57,199 nt of DNA from Waddliaceae bacterium (GCA_040880105.1 JBBDJA010000031.1:1-57199); one strand, 5' to 3'. Shown: positions 1 through 10,208, counted from the stretch's first letter. Notes: a model not told the origin generated them from the sequence alone. Numbers and translations: made by a program.

Positions 1-36
1 GTTATTTTCTGGTGTCTATAGGCGCAAGCCGCTATT

Positions 37-195
37 AACCCACTGATTAACGCAGCTTATTAAATTTTGTGCCTTTTTCAAGGGAATTCGAGAAAAGCGC
101 ACGCACTTAACTATTAAGTAGTTCAAGTTCAATTGTTTTTTCAAAGTTTAGTAAAAAGGCGCTAAATTAAACAATCTGAGTTATTCAGAGGGTCC
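37..195. repeat. Palindromic intergenic element, copy A (MITE-like, ~160 bp)
   Basis: Ends AACCCACTGATTAACGCAG...CTGAGTTATTCAGAGGGTCC. Left arm closely matches 31434-31519 and the reverse complement of ~22045-22131. Confidence 0.85.
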
Positions 196-234
196 TGTAG
201 TGAGATGATCATTGGCAGATGTTTAGGGAAGAAC

Positions 235-395
235 AGAAATCCTTGAATCAGTCGGGTTCTATCCAATTTTGCCTGCATTTTCTCTAAAACTCGAATTAAG
301 AATAGATCCTAACTATCAAATCGTAAAATGAGTGATTTTTTTTAATCCCCTCGAAATGGGCGCTAAGTTTAACCACATGAGTTACATAGTAGATG
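235..395. repeat. Palindromic intergenic element, copy B (degenerate, inverted relative to A and D)
   Basis: Aligns by eye to the reverse complement of copy D (TGAATCAGT..AATTTTGC..TTTTCTCTAAAACTCGAA; CCCTCGAAATGGGCGCTAAG). Right terminus decayed. Confidence 0.65.
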
Positions 396-600
396 GGATC
401 TTCCGGGGGATTTCCCGGGCTCCATCTCCTTGCGTCACAATGTAGATTGTTGACTTTAGAGGGATGGAAGATTTTGCTTGTTGTATCGTTTAGATTCTTG
501 CATCAGAACGAAGGGGGGAGTCCTATCTTATCGATTGCAGCGCATCTTGTCTCTATTATTGAAGAGGGAATGTGGTGATTTATTAAAGGATAGGCAGGCC

Positions 601-2148
601 TTAAGCCCAAGCGACATCTTCTTTTTCTTCTTTACTACTTTGGCTAGAGACAAGAGAGTGAAATTGTCGGCCCAAAGTCCGTGTAGAATAGATCCACATA
701 AAGATGACAATGGTAATAATAGAGGCAACAGCCGGAGACGATGCGCCGAGTGTGCCGAAAGTAAGGAGTAATCCTTGATGAATAAGGGAGCCGCCAGACT
801 TTCCAAAGCGTGAACCCACGCCATCGATGGCAGCTTTTCCACGGAGCTTGCTTTCATGATCGAGCGGAATAAAAGCCATCTCTTTAGTCGCATCAAAGAC
901 GGAGTATTTCGCAGCCTTGCTAAAGCAGTTTTGGCATGCGCCGAAGAATACTACCATTTGCAGCGGTGTTGCGGCAAAAAGTGACATTGAGATCCCTGAT
1001 AAGTTATCTTGCAGTAGGAGGAACGAGAAGAACCCTCCACTTGTGATGAGCATAATTACAGGTGTAATCAATGCGGTCTTTGTCCACCCAAAGCGTTTAA
1101 TCATTTGACCCATAAAGACAGCAGTTAGAGTAGAGGCAATCCCCATGTACATGGTAAGAGTGTTCATGAACTCGTTGTAATCGCTATGAGCAGGGTAGAG
1201 AAGGCGCAGTTCATTTTTCCAAATAATCTCCACCATATTGATCGTAAGGTTATATGCAATGACGATGACAGCAATACACATAAGATAGTTGGATTTGTAG
1301 AGGTAGCGAAAGCTCGAACGTAGCGATAGGCGTTTCTTTTTCGTTTTGAATTTTCCGTTACCTGCAGTGTGGATCACTGCGAACTCCTCTTTATCAAGTA
1401 CCTTTCGATTGAGCCACCAGAATAGAACCATAGAGATGATTCCGCACGCAGTAATAAGGAGCATTAGCAACATTACTGTCTGTTCCCAGCCATTGGATCC
1501 GAAAGGGATGTTAGGGTTGTAAACTTTACCTTGCGAAAACATATTAGCAACCACACCGGCGCAAATAGCTGCAATATTGGCGCCTATCGTCAATACGGTG
1601 TAAAAGCGCCTCGCTTCGCCAATTTTAGTCACGTCATTGGCTATTCCCCAAAATAATACAGTCAGAACAATGCTACCCCATAGTTCAGCAATGACATAGA
1701 AGAGGGTAAGGGACCAGTGGCAAAGCATGGAAAGTAAACCGCCGCATCCCATAGGCAGATATAAACTGCCCCATTCAGCTAAACTTGTCAGTTGAAAGCT
1801 TTCATAATTCGGGTAGATCACGAAGGCAAAGAGTAAAAAGTATCCAAGATAGCTGCTGATTAGCATATAAAACACGCGCTCTTGTGAGTATCGACTTGTG
1901 AGCTGTGTGAATATATAAGTAAAAAGAAATGCCATGGGAAGAAGAACCCACACCTTAATAAAGGGGATTGTCTCTGCACCTGAAGTCGAAACAATGATTG
2001 TGTCCTTCATCGGCCTTAAAATACTGTAATTAAAGCAGATCAAAAATAGAATAACGAGCATTGGGAGTAATTTTTGGAGCTCGTGCGCGTGTATGGGAAA
2101 GAAAATTGAACGGATCTTACTAAACTGAGTATCAGTATTATTTGACAT
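601..2148 (-). CDS. NTT/Npt (TLC family) nucleotide transporter, NTT2/NTT3-like paralog
   Basis: Multi-TM protein with FFPIHAHEL, ELWG, FWGIAN and FDATKEMAFIPLD..KLRGKAAIDGVG motifs. ATG at 2148 (MSNNT) preferred over the track start at 2181. Confidence 0.92.
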   Translation of the reverse strand: MSNNTDTQFSKIRSIFFPIHAHELQKLLPMLVILFLICFNYSILRPMKDTIIVSTSGAETIPFIKVWVLLPMAFLFTYIFTQLTSRYSQERVFYMLISSYLGYFLLFAFVIYPNYESFQLTSLAEWGSLYLPMGCGGLLSMLCHWSLTLFYVIAELWGSIVLTVLFWGIANDVTKIGEARRFYTVLTIGANIAAICAGVVANMFSQGKVYNPNIPFGSNGWEQTVMLLMLLITACGIISMVLFWWLNRKVLDKEEFAVIHTAGNGKFKTKKKRLSLRSSFRYLYKSNYLMCIAVIVIAYNLTINMVEIIWKNELRLLYPAHSDYNEFMNTLTMYMGIASTLTAVFMGQMIKRFGWTKTALITPVIMLITSGGFFSFLLLQDNLSGISMSLFAATPLQMVVFFGACQNCFSKAAKYSVFDATKEMAFIPLDHESKLRGKAAIDGVGSRFGKSGGSLIHQGLLLTFGTLGASSPAVASIITIVIFMWIYSTRTLGRQFHSLVSSQSSKEEKEDVAWA

Positions 2149-2247
2149 TTTTTGTTTTGTAAAAAAACTATTGTAACACAATCGGGTATATTAATACTAG
2201 AAAAAAGATCCAATATTCAGTAATCAAATTTCTTTTGAGCAGCTTAA

Positions 2248-2405
2248 GGAAGGTCGAATAACGCAGGTTAATTAAATTTTGCAGGATTTCTCTAGAAATT
2301 CTAAAAAATAATCGACCTTAACTATTTTATAGTTAAGTAAGTGCGTTTATTCGAATTCCCTTGAAAAGGCACTAAATTTAAAAGCCTGAGTTTTTCAGAG
2401 AGTCT
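2248..2405. repeat. Palindromic intergenic element, copy C
   Basis: GGAAGGTCGAATAACGCAG...CTGAGTTTTTCAGAGAGTCT. Perfect central palindrome CTTAACTAT-TTT-ATAGTTAAG at 2317-2337 sits at the element midpoint. Confidence 0.85.
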
Positions 2406-2425
2406 TTGAGTTGCTATAAATAGAG

Positions 2426-3982
2426 TTAAGCGGGCTGAGCCTCGGTCTTTGTGCTGTAAGAAGGTACAGGGGTAGTTGTTGACTGGGTCAATTCATTAAA
2501 TTCTTTACCGAGCTTTTTGGTTGCCCAAAACCAGCATCCAACGACTGTGAAGAGTATTGCGGCAACCCAAGGAGCCGAGGCGCTCAATGAGGAGAAGAAA
2601 AAGAGTAAGCTTTGATGGATAAACGAGCCACTCGATTTACCCATTCGATTGATGACACCGTCAATTGCAGCTTTGCCTTTCACAATCGTTTTTTTATCAA
2701 GAGGGACAAAAGCCATCTCCTTGGTCGCGTCATAAACAGTGTATTTTGCCGCTCGGCAGGCAATATTTTGAAAAGATCCGACCCATACGACAAGTGCAAG
2801 GGGAGAGACTCCAAAAAGGGAGTAGTAAAATGCAGAATGAGAATCTTTCGTAAAGAAAAGGAAAAAGAAAGCGGCGCTAGTCACAAAGACGATTATAGGA
2901 GTTGCAAGGGCGGTAAATGTCCAGCCAAAGCGTCTAATCGACTGTCCGGAGATTAAAAGTGAGGAAAGGGTCGCGACAACACCGATAATCGTTGAGACTT
3001 CGCTAAAATAGGTGTGGTATTCAGTTGGGTTCGGGAAAAGCGCATGCATCTCATGTTTCCAGAGAACCTCAACGAGATTGATCGCTAAGTTGTAGGCAAG
3101 AACAATAATGCCCATGAAGATTAGGTATTTTGAGCTCAAAAGATGGCGCATGTTTTTGCGCATCGAGTGGCGTTCTTTCTTTTCATTTGTCGGGGATGTA
3201 GATTCAGCTTCACTTGTTGAGACTACATTTCTGATGAGCCATTTAAATAAGAGGAGTGCGCAGAGTCCTCCAACCAATGTGATCGAGACAAGGATCATTA
3301 AGGTTTGTTCCCAAGCATTGGTTCCGTAAGGGATCCAAGGAAGAAATGGAATTCTAGAGACACTAATCGAGACCCAACCGCCGATAATCCCGGATATATT
3401 TCCCCCAAATCCAAATAAGGCGTAAAAACGTTTGGATTCACCCACTTTTGTCACTTGGTTGGCAAAGCCCCAAAAAAGGACGAAAAGAACAATGTTACCC
3501 CATAATTCCGACATCACATAAAACCCTGAGAAGATCCAGTGGCGAACCATTGCAACCAGTCCTTTACAACCGGCAGGAAGGACGGATGCCATAGAATCGG
3601 CTAAATGATCTAAACGAAGGGATTCTCTATGTGGAAACAGAATAAAGGTAAAAAGAAAGAAGAAAAGTAAGAACATCGAGAACATCAATGTAATCACGCG
3701 TTCGCGGCTCAGGTGGTTGTTCAGTCGCGTGTAAATAAAGGCAAGAAATATGGATCCCGGAAACATGAGCCAAACTTTAATAAATGGAATGACTTCGGCA
3801 CCCGAGTCTTTGGCGGTCACAACCAATGTGTCTTTCAGCATTCTAAGAATGTTGTAACCAAGTGTAATAAAAAAGAAAATCAAAAGCATTGGAATGAGTT
3901 TTTTAAGCTCATGCCGGTGAATGGGCCAAAACAGCGCTCGAAAGCCTGTGAAATTGGTAGAATCCGAGGGTGTATCGGACAT
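2426..3982 (-). CDS. NTT/Npt (TLC family) nucleotide transporter, Npt2/NTT2-like
   Basis: FWPIHRHELKK, KDTLVVT, SELWG, FWGFANQ and YDATKEMAFVPLD..KGKAAIDGV motifs. AGGAG RBS upstream. Confidence 0.93.
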   Translation of the reverse strand: MSDTPSDSTNFTGFRALFWPIHRHELKKLIPMLLIFFFITLGYNILRMLKDTLVVTAKDSGAEVIPFIKVWLMFPGSIFLAFIYTRLNNHLSRERVITLMFSMFLLFFFLFTFILFPHRESLRLDHLADSMASVLPAGCKGLVAMVRHWIFSGFYVMSELWGNIVLFVLFWGFANQVTKVGESKRFYALFGFGGNISGIIGGWVSISVSRIPFLPWIPYGTNAWEQTLMILVSITLVGGLCALLLFKWLIRNVVSTSEAESTSPTNEKKERHSMRKNMRHLLSSKYLIFMGIIVLAYNLAINLVEVLWKHEMHALFPNPTEYHTYFSEVSTIIGVVATLSSLLISGQSIRRFGWTFTALATPIIVFVTSAAFFFLFFTKDSHSAFYYSLFGVSPLALVVWVGSFQNIACRAAKYTVYDATKEMAFVPLDKKTIVKGKAAIDGVINRMGKSSGSFIHQSLLFFFSSLSASAPWVAAILFTVVGCWFWATKKLGKEFNELTQSTTTPVPSYSTKTEAQPA

Positions 3983-4017
3983 CTAGCTCCTTTTTTTATT
4001 TAAGGAATTTTGTCAAA

Positions 4018-4046
4018 ATTATACCACAAATCCGATTTCTTTACAA
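4018..4046 (-). promoter_or_regulatory. Sigma66-type promoter upstream of the NTT gene
   Basis: TTGTAA-N17-TATAAT with extended TGn on the minus strand. Confidence 0.6.
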
Positions 4047-4073
4047 GGAAATTAGGGGGATGAGATTTAGGAA

Positions 4074-5273
4074 TCACTTGCGTTCGCGTTTGGTTAAGGC
4101 TTCTATTCCCGGTAAAGTCCGTTTTTCGAGAAACTCAACAGCTGCCCCTCCTCCTGTAGATAAATGCGAGAAATGTTGAGCGAGTCCAGATTTTCGTATT
4201 GCAGCAACAGAGTCGCCGCCTCCCACGATTTTTACTGCATCTAAATTGGAAAGGGAGCGGGCTATGGCAAACGTTCCCTCACTAAAGGGCTTTTTCTCAA
4301 ATACGCCCAGCGGACCGTTCCAAAGAATGGTAGCGGCTCTGCGTATATTCCACCCGAAATTGGTGCGCGTCTTCGGTCCTATATCAACGCCGATAAACCC
4401 GTTGGGTATCCCATCTTCTGTTGTTACTGTTTCAATTTGCCTCGGATTTTCAAGATCATTTGTAATGATATGGTCTTCGGGAAGGTGGATTTTTGTTTTA
4501 GACTTTAAGAGTTCTTTGGCTTTGGGGATCAGCTCCTCTTCACATAGAGAACTTCCGATTTGAAATCCTTGCGCCTTTAAAAAGGTATAAGCCATTGCCC
4601 CGCCAATATACAGAGCGTCTACTTTATCAAGAAGAGCCTCGATCACGCCGAGTTTGGAGGAGACTTTAGCCCCTCCTAAAAGGGCGTAAAACGGTCGCTG
4701 CGGGTTTTCAAGAGCGTCTCTAAGAAAGTCGATCTCCTTTTTGAGAAGAAATCCCGCTGCCGAATGATCGGGAAAATACGTTGGAAGGGTCGTTACAGAC
4801 ATGTGGGCACGATGAGAGGTTCCAAACGCGTCATTGACATATACATCACCGTAAGAGGCGATTTCCTTCGCAAAACCGGGATCTTTATCCGGGTTTTTTT
4901 CACCAGGCTCAAAACGTAGATTTTCAAGTAGCAGAACAGAGCCCGGCAAAAGGTCTTGCGCCATTTTTTTCACTTTGGCTCCTCTACATGCCGGTGCCAT
5001 CTGTACAGGAGTGCCAAGTAACATAGACAAGTGCTTTGCGCATGGGGCAAGCGATAATTTAGGATCAATTTCTCCTTTGGGTCTGCCTAAGTGACTCATT
5101 AAAATACACGAGGCGCCTTGCTGAAGGGCGTACTTAATGGTAGGAACCGAGGCTACGATCCGACTATCGTCGGTAATTTTTCCGTGGGAATCTATGGGAA
5201 CATTAAAATCAACTCGGATGAGCACTCTTTTATCTTTGAGAGGTAAATCTTTGATTGATAAAATAGATGTCAT
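4074..5273 (-). CDS. pgk: Phosphoglycerate kinase
   Basis: RVDFNVP, SHLGRP, LLENLRF, NDAFG.SHRAH, GGAKVSSK, WNGPLGVFE, GGGDS and STGGGA motifs. Confidence 0.98.
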   Translation of the reverse strand: MTSILSIKDLPLKDKRVLIRVDFNVPIDSHGKITDDSRIVASVPTIKYALQQGASCILMSHLGRPKGEIDPKLSLAPCAKHLSMLLGTPVQMAPACRGAKVKKMAQDLLPGSVLLLENLRFEPGEKNPDKDPGFAKEIASYGDVYVNDAFGTSHRAHMSVTTLPTYFPDHSAAGFLLKKEIDFLRDALENPQRPFYALLGGAKVSSKLGVIEALLDKVDALYIGGAMAYTFLKAQGFQIGSSLCEEELIPKAKELLKSKTKIHLPEDHIITNDLENPRQIETVTTEDGIPNGFIGVDIGPKTRTNFGWNIRRAATILWNGPLGVFEKKPFSEGTFAIARSLSNLDAVKIVGGGDSVAAIRKSGLAQHFSHLSTGGGAAVEFLEKRTLPGIEALTKRERK

Positions 5274-5385
5274 AATAATTTTTACGATAGTTCATTTATT
5301 TTGGGTTGTCAAGTGAGATCAAATCCTTCATCCTTCAGAAAAACTCTTTGTATCGAGACAGTAGGATAAGTGTAGGTGTGGATTC

Positions 5386-5982
5386 ATGGTGCTGCATAGA
5401 AATGATTTAGATTGCGACCCGTTTAAACAATTTTTAAAGTGGTATGCGGATGTAAAAGATCAAAAGGTCTTTGAATACGATGCAATGACTTTGGCTACTG
5501 CAACAGCAGCTGGGCGTCCCTCTTCTCGAACTGTTTTACTTAAGTCTATTTCCGACGGCTTTATATTTTATACTAACTATGAAAGTCGCAAAGGGGTAGA
5601 GCTTGCGGAAAATCCGCATGCAGCGGCTCTATTTTATTGGAAAGAGGTCGGTCGACAGGTGCGAATTGAAGGAAGAGTGAGTAAAATTTCAAGAGAGGAG
5701 TCCTCCGCCTACTTTGCCACAAGGCCGCGTGAAAGTCAGGTTGGCGCTCTTGCTTCCTTTCAAGACCAAAAGCTTGCTTCAAGAAAAGAACTTGAGGATG
5801 CGTTTAAACGCGTTTCGACTCTTTATGAAGATAAACAAATTCCGATTCCCGAATACTGGGGCGGATACTGCCTAATTCCCGAATTGTTTGAATTTTGGGA
5901 GAGTGCACCCCATCGTTTACATGATCGATTCGAGTATGTGAAATCCAATAATCAATGGGAAATCCATCGTTTAAGTCCTTGA
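5386..5982 (+). CDS. pdxH: Pyridoxine/pyridoxamine 5'-phosphate oxidase
   Basis: AMTLATA, PSSRTVLLK, FYTNYESRKG, RQVRIEG, WGGY and EFW..RLHDR motifs. Confidence 0.97.
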   Translation: MVLHRNDLDCDPFKQFLKWYADVKDQKVFEYDAMTLATATAAGRPSSRTVLLKSISDGFIFYTNYESRKGVELAENPHAAALFYWKEVGRQVRIEGRVSKISREESSAYFATRPRESQVGALASFQDQKLASRKELEDAFKRVSTLYEDKQIPIPEYWGGYCLIPELFEFWESAPHRLHDRFEYVKSNNQWEIHRLSP

Positions 5983-5983
5983 A

Positions 5984-6145
5984 GGAATCTCTGAAAATGT
6001 AAGGTTTTATATTCAGAGCCTTTTTCGAGGGAATTTAAGAAAAAACGCACTCTATTAAACATCAAGCGGTTAACCTCGATTGATTTTTCGAAGTTTAGAA
6101 GAAATTCATGCAAAATTTAACTCACCTTACTGACTCAGAGGGTCC
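5984..6145. repeat. Palindromic intergenic element, copy D
   Basis: GGAATCTCTGAAAA...TGACTCAGAGGGTCC with internal GCCTTTTTCGAGGGAATT..AAAACGCACTC. Fills almost the whole convergent pdxH/pdxT gap. Confidence 0.85.
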
Positions 6146-6154
6146 TGAATGGAC

Positions 6155-6718
6155 TTACAGTAACTTTACAAAGAAGCGGTGGATGAGTAAGGAATCCGTA
6201 AGTTCCGGATGAAATGTTGCGCCAAGTAGATGATTTTGACGAATTAAAACCGGGCTATTGTTATGGGTGAGTAGAATCTCAACTTCGTTTGAGCAATTTT
6301 GAATGACCGGCGCGCGGATAAAAAGCGCCGGGATCTTTTTAGATTTCATTTCTAGAAAGGTTGAAAAGGAGTTGATTTGACTTCCGTAACCGTTTCTTTC
6401 TACTGTAATATCCATGGCATCTAGTGTTTTCATCTCTGATCCGGCGACTCTCTTTGCTAGTAAAATAAGACCGGCGCATGTGCCGAATACAGGACGTGAT
6501 TTTGCAAATTCAGAGATTGGATCGAGAAGGTTTTGGCGTGTCAGATGACGACTCATTGTCGTCGATTCTCCTCCGGGAAGGATTAAACCATCGCATAATG
6601 CAAGTTCTTCCTTTGTCCTGACTAGAAGGGGGTTGACATTGAGTTGTTGCAATTTTTCAAAATGTTTTGAAAACCCCCCTTGAAGGCTTAAGACCCCGAC
6701 TGTTTTTTTCACTACCAA
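6155..6718 (-). CDS. pdxT: PLP synthase glutaminase subunit
   Basis: [28 protein letters not shown] and FHPELT motifs. Confidence 0.97.
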   Translation of the reverse strand: MVVKKTVGVLSLQGGFSKHFEKLQQLNVNPLLVRTKEELALCDGLILPGGESTTMSRHLTRQNLLDPISEFAKSRPVFGTCAGLILLAKRVAGSEMKTLDAMDITVERNGYGSQINSFSTFLEMKSKKIPALFIRAPVIQNCSNEVEILLTHNNSPVLIRQNHLLGATFHPELTDSLLIHRFFVKLL

Positions 6719-7608
6719 CCTCGCGTGGCCATTTGCTCTTCTTTTTTGAGCATGCGAATCTCTTTTCCCGGCATTGCACCTAGCAATCCGGCTGATATTT
6801 TCGCAAGCATTTCCGGGTCGTTGTAATAGGTCGCAGCAGCTACAATTGCCTTCGCACGATTTTTGGGATCTTCGGATTTAAAAATACCGGATCCGACAAA
6901 TATAGCCTCAGCACCAAGTTGCATCATTAATGCTGCATCGGACGGTGTCGCAATCCCACCGGCTGCAAAATTGGGCACGGGCAGCTTTCCTGTTTCTGCA
7001 ACCTGCTTGACAAGGTGGAAGGGGGCTTGAAGTCGTTTAGCTTCGGCCATTAGCTCGGATGAGTCCAGTTGTGTGAGAAGAGCGATGTCTCTTTTTACTT
7101 TCCGCATATGTCGTACCGCTTCTACAATATTTCCTGTACCGGGCTCTCCTTTGGTACGAATCATTGAGGCGCCCTCTCCAATCCGCCTTAAGGCTTCACC
7201 AAGATCGCAGCAGCCACACACAAAAGGAATACGAAAGTTTTGCTTATCAATATGGTTTTGCTCATCAGCAGGTGTCAGCACTTCACTTTCATCGATAAAA
7301 TCCACAAAGAGAGCTTCGAGTATCTGCGCTTCAACAAAGTGGCCAATTCGACATTTTGCCATAACAGGGATAGTGACTGCGGCTTGGATTTTTTGGATCA
7401 ATTCAGGGTTTGTCATTCTTGCAACACCGCCTTCTGCGCGAATATCAGAGGGAATGCGCTCTAGTGCCATCACAGCCGTAGCTCCAGCTTCTTCGGCAAT
7501 TTTTGCCTGTTCGGGCGTTGTGACATCCATAATGACACCACCCTTTAGCATTTCTGCAAGACCGACCTTTAATTCAAATGATCCTTTTTCAGTCGAATTT
7601 TCTTTCAT
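6712..7608 (-). CDS. pdxS: PLP synthase lyase subunit
   Basis: [36 protein letters not shown] and FAAGGIATP motifs. Start at MKENS (7608) likely. Confidence 0.98.
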   Translation of the reverse strand: MKENSTEKGSFELKVGLAEMLKGGVIMDVTTPEQAKIAEEAGATAVMALERIPSDIRAEGGVARMTNPELIQKIQAAVTIPVMAKCRIGHFVEAQILEALFVDFIDESEVLTPADEQNHIDKQNFRIPFVCGCCDLGEALRRIGEGASMIRTKGEPGTGNIVEAVRHMRKVKRDIALLTQLDSSELMAEAKRLQAPFHLVKQVAETGKLPVPNFAAGGIATPSDAALMMQLGAEAIFVGSGIFKSEDPKNRAKAIVAAATYYNDPEMLAKISAGLLGAMPGKEIRMLKKEEQMATRGW

Positions 7609-7622
7609 TTTAGAACCTCTAC

Positions 7623-8372
7623 TCACAATTGATTAAATGGATTTGTTGCTTGATTAAAGAGCCCGCCTTGTTTGCGTCTTTTAAGTTCACGTCGGATGGA
7701 AAAGAGTAGATCTTGATCAAACTCTTTGTTTGCAGCCCATATCAAAAATTCTTGAGGGACATCTTTCATCAAACGTCCTTTATAAGGGCCAAGGGGCATG
7801 ATTTTAATAGGGACCGGTTTTTCCAACCGAGAAAATAACTGTTGGGTGGTTTGAAATTTTGTAATCAGTCGCTTGAATACTTCGATATTCACTTGAACGT
7901 CTGCCATCGCACGGTGTGCATCGGGATGCGGGATATTAAAGTGTTGACACAGCATGGCAAGAGAGTTAGTCGGACACTCTCCATAGAGTCTAGCTAAGCG
8001 CAAAGTGTCGATAAGCGGATTGTTTGATAGTCGGCTTTGCACCTTTTCTCTTTGAGCCTCTGCGATTAGAACATCAATGTCAAACTGAATCCCATGACCG
8101 ACGATGATGTCTCTTCCCACAAATTTTAAAAACTGCGGAAGGACGTCTTTAATGAACGGTTGTTTCGCTACCATATCATTTGTGATATTATGGATCGCTT
8201 GCGATTCAGGCGGAATCGGGCAGTTTGGATTAACAAGGCACTCTATTCGGTCAAGGGGACCATCTAAAGTGAAGCGAACGGCTGCCAATTCGATGATACG
8301 ATCGTTATGAGAATCAAGCCCGGTCATTTCGCAATCGAGGCAGATAAATACTTGTTTATCGAGTCTAGTCAT
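7623..8372 (-). CDS. dnaQ: DEDDh 3'-5' exonuclease (DNA pol III epsilon-like) with ExoX-like C-terminal domain
   Basis: DCEMTG, GH...FD and HRAMADV motifs; C-terminal MPLGPYKG. Chlamydial dnaQ-tsaE-DUF2709 neighbourhood. Confidence 0.88.
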   Translation of the reverse strand: MTRLDKQVFICLDCEMTGLDSHNDRIIELAAVRFTLDGPLDRIECLVNPNCPIPPESQAIHNITNDMVAKQPFIKDVLPQFLKFVGRDIIVGHGIQFDIDVLIAEAQREKVQSRLSNNPLIDTLRLARLYGECPTNSLAMLCQHFNIPHPDAHRAMADVQVNIEVFKRLITKFQTTQQLFSRLEKPVPIKIMPLGPYKGRLMKDVPQEFLIWAANKEFDQDLLFSIRRELKRRKQGGLFNQATNPFNQL

Positions 8373-8970
8373 CTGTTTCGTCCGCAATCGCCTCGTTTAT
8401 AATACTAATTAGAGTGTCTCGTCCAATTTTTTTTGGCACAGAGTATAACACGTAGTGGAGATTTTCGAGGTTAAAAGTTTTTAGTATATGATCGATGTAC
8501 TGTTTTCTTTGCGCCTTGGTAATCTTATCGACTTTGGTTATAACTAAAATAACTGCCTTATTTGACTCTAAAATCCATTGCATCATTTGAAAATCATCTT
8601 CATTGGGAGTGCGGCGGATGTCTAAGAGAAAAAGGATAAGATTCAACTCTTCTCTATTTTTTAAGTAAGCGTTGACCGAGCGGCCCCACTCCTCTTTTTG
8701 TTTCTTTGGAACGTTTGCCCATCCATAACCGGGAAGATCGACAAGTGAGAGTTTTTCATCAGCCAAAAAAAAGTTAATTAACTGTGTCTTTCCGGGGATA
8801 GATGAAACTTTTACCAATCGTTTAGTTCCGAGTAAATCTCCTAAAAGACTGGATTTTCCGACATTGGAACGACCGACAAACGCAATTTCCGGAAAATTGT
8901 GCTTAGCGTATCCTTTTGGGGCTAAGGCGGAAGTAATAAATGTGGCTTCTTTAAAGGGGTACTTTTTCAT
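8365..8970 (-). CDS. engB: Ribosome biogenesis GTPase EngB/YihA
   Basis: GRSNVGKSS, PGKTQLINFF, DLPGYG and TKVDK motifs. Confidence 0.96.
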   Translation of the reverse strand: MKKYPFKEATFITSALAPKGYAKHNFPEIAFVGRSNVGKSSLLGDLLGTKRLVKVSSIPGKTQLINFFLADEKLSLVDLPGYGWANVPKKQKEEWGRSVNAYLKNREELNLILFLLDIRRTPNEDDFQMMQWILESNKAVILVITKVDKITKAQRKQYIDHILKTFNLENLHYVLYSVPKKIGRDTLISIINEAIADETDD

Positions 8971-9413
8971 TTAAATAATAAGTCTTTTTTTTCTCCATTC
9001 TTATGAATAGTGATTTGGCGCGTGTTCGGATGATTTGTGTGAGAGATGTGCACTTCCATTCGATTAACGGGTAAAAGAGTCTTAATTCTCTCGGGCCACT
9101 CAATACATACGATCCCATCTGAATGTAAAAATTCATCAAATCCAAGATTAAGGAATTGCTCTTCATTATCTAGTCTGTACAGATCAAAGTGATGAAGCAC
9201 GCACTGGCCTTTGTAACTATTCAGATAGACAAAGGTCGGACTGACGACCTCTTCTGCTTTTGTATTCGTTAACTCTTGGACAAGGCTTTTTATAAACGTT
9301 GTTTTTCCGGCTCCCAAGTCGCCGTAGAAGCAGATGACATCTCTATTTTTCAGTGTGCGGGCAAATTGTTTTGCGATATCTTGCGTTTCTTGTGCACTTT
9401 CTGTTGTCATCAT
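8967..9413 (-). CDS. tsaE: tRNA threonylcarbamoyladenosine biosynthesis ATPase
   Basis: GDLGAGKTTF, SPTF, HFDLYRL and IEWPE motifs. ATG at 9413 avoids overlap with the upstream gene. Confidence 0.96.
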   Translation of the reverse strand: MMTTESAQETQDIAKQFARTLKNRDVICFYGDLGAGKTTFIKSLVQELTNTKAEEVVSPTFVYLNSYKGQCVLHHFDLYRLDNEEQFLNLGFDEFLHSDGIVCIEWPERIKTLLPVNRMEVHISHTNHPNTRQITIHKNGEKKDLLFK

Positions 9414-9423
9414 AGATAAAGGC

Positions 9424-10146
9424 TTATTCAAGCCAAGAGGCGACAGTAGGGGTAAACTCTTCCTCTTCTGCCATTGCTTCAACGAAAGATGTAACCTTCT
9501 CTTCATTGAGTTGCTCTTGGATGAACTCTAAGAATTTGTCCTCAATATTGAATCGATTTTGATTTTGGACTTCTACTAGAGACATTGGTTTGAGATAGTT
9601 TGATTTAAAATCTTCGACTACAGCTTTTCGGTTGTTGAAAATTTTCCCGTTCATTAGCGAGGAGTAGACTGTTTTAGTGATTGGCTCACGAGTAGTCTCT
9701 TTAGATATGTAGTTTTTGATAACTTCCGGGTCTTCAGATATAAAGAATCGTTTGACTCGTAGGCCACCCACGCGTTCGTTGTTTTCAGGACATTTCGAAA
9801 CCCAGTCATAGATGGCGTCTTGAGGATTTGGGTGGGTGTTGTCTCCGAATACCTTTCCTGTAAATGGGCAGATATAGATTCTTTTTGTCTCTTCATTGAC
9901 GCTTTTTTGACCGAGAGAGATTTTAATTTCGGCATGATGCCAAAGTTTGTCTTTCTCTTCTAAGTACTTTACAGCCTCATCGGCAGTTTTAAACACTAAC
10001 TTTTCTTTCGGAAAGACAACAGGTTGAATGTTAAATGTATTTTCTATAAAAGCAAGGTAAGTATTAACAAGTTCAGCGGAAGGATTGTCACGTAAATATT
10101 TAGAGAGTGCTTTTTTACATTTCTCGGTAATGACAGCCTTTCCCAT
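9424..10146 (-). CDS. Chlamydia-specific conserved protein (DUF2709, CT538-like)
   Basis: IYICPFTGKVFGDNTHPNPQDAIYDWVSKCPEN segment; position upstream of tsaE as in chlamydiae. Confidence 0.8.
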   Translation of the reverse strand: MGKAVITEKCKKALSKYLRDNPSAELVNTYLAFIENTFNIQPVVFPKEKLVFKTADEAVKYLEEKDKLWHHAEIKISLGQKSVNEETKRIYICPFTGKVFGDNTHPNPQDAIYDWVSKCPENNERVGGLRVKRFFISEDPEVIKNYISKETTREPITKTVYSSLMNGKIFNNRKAVVEDFKSNYLKPMSLVEVQNQNRFNIEDKFLEFIQEQLNEEKVTSFVEAMAEEEEFTPTVASWLE

Positions 10147-10208
10147 GTTGACCCCTAGTTATATGAATTTAAGTGTAATATGCTATCCTTTAAGAGGTTT
10201 TATTGTCA

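Noticed and set aside
393..896. Short ORFs 393-578, 478-771 and 528-896
   Set aside because: No motifs. Two overlap the NTT gene in other frames or strands, and the first lacks a clear RBS.
7073..7636. 187-aa plus-strand ORF and similar antisense ORFs throughout the window
   Set aside because: Shadow frames of well-supported genes (pdxS, pgk, acrB-like and others).
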